From IMG/VR virus record IMGVR_UViG_3300032102_000006: 49,729 nt of DNA. One strand, given 5' to 3'. Shown piece by piece: positions 47,844 through 49,729 of the stretch. Numbering within the stretch: position 1 is the first letter of the stretch; each line of letters starts with the position of its first letter. The notes below the pieces were generated by a model. The model did not search any database. It was not told the origin of the DNA and saw nothing but the letters and a program-made list of their open reading frames with translations. The position numbers were made by a program, and so were the translations under genes. Source of the DNA: a virus.

Positions 47844-48728
47844 ATGCTAAACGATATACTAGACCAGGACTTATATAATCATTTTATTCCTGTGATTTGG
47901 CCTGCAAATCACATGGGTTCGTTTTTAATGAACCTGCTATTCGACGGTGAAGATCGAGAACCAAATCTGGTTGTAATGGATCCAGTAACATACGAATGGC
48001 ACCGCAGAGATTCATTGCACAATGTATTCGGAGACGTACGTTTGATATACATATTAGCAAGCTATATAAAAAAACTGCGATTAACAAATCATATAAACGA
48101 AAGCACTGTTATGAGACTAGCATTTAACTTGACCATCAAATATGATAAAAAAACTTTAATTCAAATCACTGATGGTAGTTTAGACCTGTCCGAATTGTTA
48201 ATCAACGACCCGATTAGTCTTTTGATCGAAAGAGATAGTTTATTTGCATCGTTTAAGTACTTAAAAATGCACTGTTACAAACCGCTAGAATCTACTAACA
48301 GAACCTTTAATTTTTCAAAAAAAATCTTTGCCTATTATCCCGAAAACAAAAGTTGGATTCCGACAATTTTAGGATGGCACAAATGCCATAGAGATTTCCG
48401 CGTTCGAGAAATGCACGGGGATGTTGCAGGTCACTCGTTTAAAGAGTATAAACAAAATGTGTTAGGTTCTGCAACTGATTCTGATATTAGTATAGACATG
48501 TATAATCTCGTAATACAAAAGAACTACAATGCGATACTAGATGTTATACCAGATTTTAAATTTACTAACGATAAGATTAGAATTCTCGAGATTGCCCACG
48601 ATACTACGTTAGAAATATTAAACAAATTTAATATGGATCACAATCTTGATATTCCTATGAATTTAAAATATTCTGAATTTCTAAAAACATACAACCTAGA
48701 CCCGCATAGTAGTGAAATTATGCGCTAA
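47844..48728 (+). CDS. Hypothetical protein, counter-oriented
   Basis: 294-aa ORF, the only long + strand gene in this block; TAAATA at 47834-47839. Confidence 0.7.
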   Translation: MLNDILDQDLYNHFIPVIWPANHMGSFLMNLLFDGEDREPNLVVMDPVTYEWHRRDSLHNVFGDVRLIYILASYIKKLRLTNHINESTVMRLAFNLTIKYDKKTLIQITDGSLDLSELLINDPISLLIERDSLFASFKYLKMHCYKPLESTNRTFNFSKKIFAYYPENKSWIPTILGWHKCHRDFRVREMHGDVAGHSFKEYKQNVLGSATDSDISIDMYNLVIQKNYNAILDVIPDFKFTNDKIRILEIAHDTTLEILNKFNMDHNLDIPMNLKYSEFLKTYNLDPHSSEIMR

Positions 48729-49004
48729 TTGTTCGTATGTAGCTCTGAGCATTTTGATCAATTGCTCACATGCTAGCTCATTCATTGACAATGTAATAGC
48801 TCCGTAGTCGTCACCGGACATGACAGTCAAAGTGGTAAAGCCATCTGCTCTACGACCAACCCTGTAATATTCTTTTGGCTGTTCCTTCGCAGGCTGAACC
48901 GGAGGCACTTTTGGTACAACCTTGGGGTCGGGGAATTTAATCACGTTCTTGGGCTCAGTGTCTTTCATAAATTTCTCAAAGCCTAAAAATTCAAAGAAGT
49001 TCAT
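48696..49004 (-). CDS. Hypothetical protein
   Basis: 102 aa in the - strand run; its 3' end overlaps the convergent gene by 33 nt. Confidence 0.6.
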   Translation of the reverse strand: MNFFEFLGFEKFMKDTEPKNVIKFPDPKVVPKVPPVQPAKEQPKEYYRVGRRADGFTTLTVMSGDDYGAITLSMNELACEQLIKMLRATYEQLAHNFTTMRV

Positions 49005-49146
49005 CGCTTTTCCTTAGTTTTTTCCGTATTTCTTTTTCTTCGTCTGTCTTTGCAGTCCAGATCACACTATTGTATCCTTTGGAGAACAAGTAAGTGTCGC
49101 AGGCAACAAACACACTTAGAAAGATCCAGAACCCTAGCCATTCCAT
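48991..49146 (-). CDS. Small predicted membrane protein
   Basis: Likely start MEWLGFWIFLSVFVAC at 49146 (TAATG coupling); hydrophobic N-terminus and basic tail. Confidence 0.6.
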   Translation of the reverse strand: MEWLGFWIFLSVFVACDTYLFSKGYNSVIWTAKTDEEKEIRKKLRKSDELL

Positions 49147-49421
49147 TACATACTCCCAAAGGCACCGTGCTTGCCAGCATTTGGGTTTTCGCAACGAACA
49201 CCTTTACCAAACTCGTCCAGGATTTGGCGAGCATGACCGTTCTCTCCAACTACAAACTTGTAGCTTTCAATGCATCGAATTTCGGTTAACCCATTAACAC
49301 CAATGCTAAGTGAGTTACTTGGTGTAGTGCCGTTGACTACACCAAGTGCAAGCAACCCAACAATACCAACGATCACAACTGCAATCATCATTTCAATTAG
49401 AGTAAATCCACGCTGTTTCAT
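49146..49421 (-). CDS. Type IV prepilin-like protein (N-terminal cleavage/methylation motif)
   Basis: MKQRG|FTLIEMMIAVVIVGIVGLLAL, with a small C-terminal domain containing two Cys. Confidence 0.8.
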   Translation of the reverse strand: MKQRGFTLIEMMIAVVIVGIVGLLALGVVNGTTPSNSLSIGVNGLTEIRCIESYKFVVGENGHARQILDEFGKGVRCENPNAGKHGAFGSM

Positions 49422-49669
49422 TATTCAACTCCGAAATGATGTTTAATCTTAGCAACACCGATACTCACTGCCGCTATATGTGTAGCATCAACTAATTTCT
49501 GGTGTTCTTCATTGGAAATTTTCAGTGGCGTTAATTCTTGTAATTGGTTCAAACATTCCCGAACAATCAACTCGGCAAAATGTCCAAATTCTTCCCCGAT
49601 GCCCATTGCCTCGAGTACAAAATCATACATACCAGCCTGTTCAGCAAGTTCTCGAATTCGTTCGTTCAT
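49421..49669 (-). CDS. Small hypothetical phage protein (MNERIRELAEQA...HFGVE type)
   Basis: 82 aa, coupled to both neighbours. Confidence 0.7.
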   Translation of the reverse strand: MNERIRELAEQAGMYDFVLEAMGIGEEFGHFAELIVRECLNQLQELTPLKISNEEHQKLVDATHIAAVSIGVAKIKHHFGVE

Positions 49670-49728
49670 TCTTCAACTCCGAAATGTTGTTTGATATCTT
49701 CACGACACATCATTGCACCATCACGGAA
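49666..49728 (-). CDS. 3' end of a paralog of the preceding gene (partial)
   Basis: Translates FRDGAMMCREDIKQHFGVEE*, with an ATGA overlap with the 49669 start. Confidence 0.65.
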   Translation of the reverse strand, partial: FRDGAMMCREDIKQHFGVEE

Positions 49729-49729
49729 A

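Noticed and set aside
687-49694. Numerous short antisense or out-of-frame ORFs in the track (e.g. 23047-23481, 27860-28273, 45476-45889, 46626-47249)
   Set aside because: They lie wholly within longer motif-bearing genes and lack motifs; treated as shadow ORFs.
1-49729. Stop-codon reassignment
   Set aside because: Coding density is near complete under the standard code and genes are not fragmented at TAG or TGA.
1-49729. tRNA, rRNA, CRISPR array, intron/intein or transposase
   Set aside because: Intergenic gaps are almost all under 130 bp, and no such structures or motifs were seen by eye. tRNAscan/Infernal were not run.

Overview
This window looks like part of a large (jumbo-type) tailed-phage genome; the assignment is inferred from gene content. 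(1) 1-12.5 kb, + strand: a virion-structural block with a 5'-truncated protein of over 2800 aa and four baseplate/tail-fibre-like genes. (2) 12.6-43.6 kb, + strand: 34 tightly packed genes forming one large modification cluster. It contains 9 radical-SAM enzymes plus a free-standing Cys-rich SPASM-like partner, about 9 glycosyltransferase-like proteins in three paralogous families, 4 SGNH-fold proteins, a NodU/CmcH carbamoyltransferase, a sugar-phosphate/nucleotide block (cupin, nucleotidyltransferase-kinase fusion, AroE-like, KbaZ/GatZ-like), a QueC-like PP-loop ATPase, a methyltransferase-like protein and an SDR. Intergenic TAAATA boxes suggest late expression together with the structural genes. 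(3) 43.6-49.7 kb, mostly - strand: thyA, DHFR, a metallopeptidase-VWA protein, small hypotheticals and a type IV prepilin-like gene, with near-consensus sigma70 promoters and a UUCG terminator. The best candidate for an undescribed system is block 2, which may build and chemically decorate a glycan on the virion; host-surface or DNA modification are alternatives. All product calls come from motifs read by eye, with no database searches. I saw no tRNA, rRNA, CRISPR array or mobile element.
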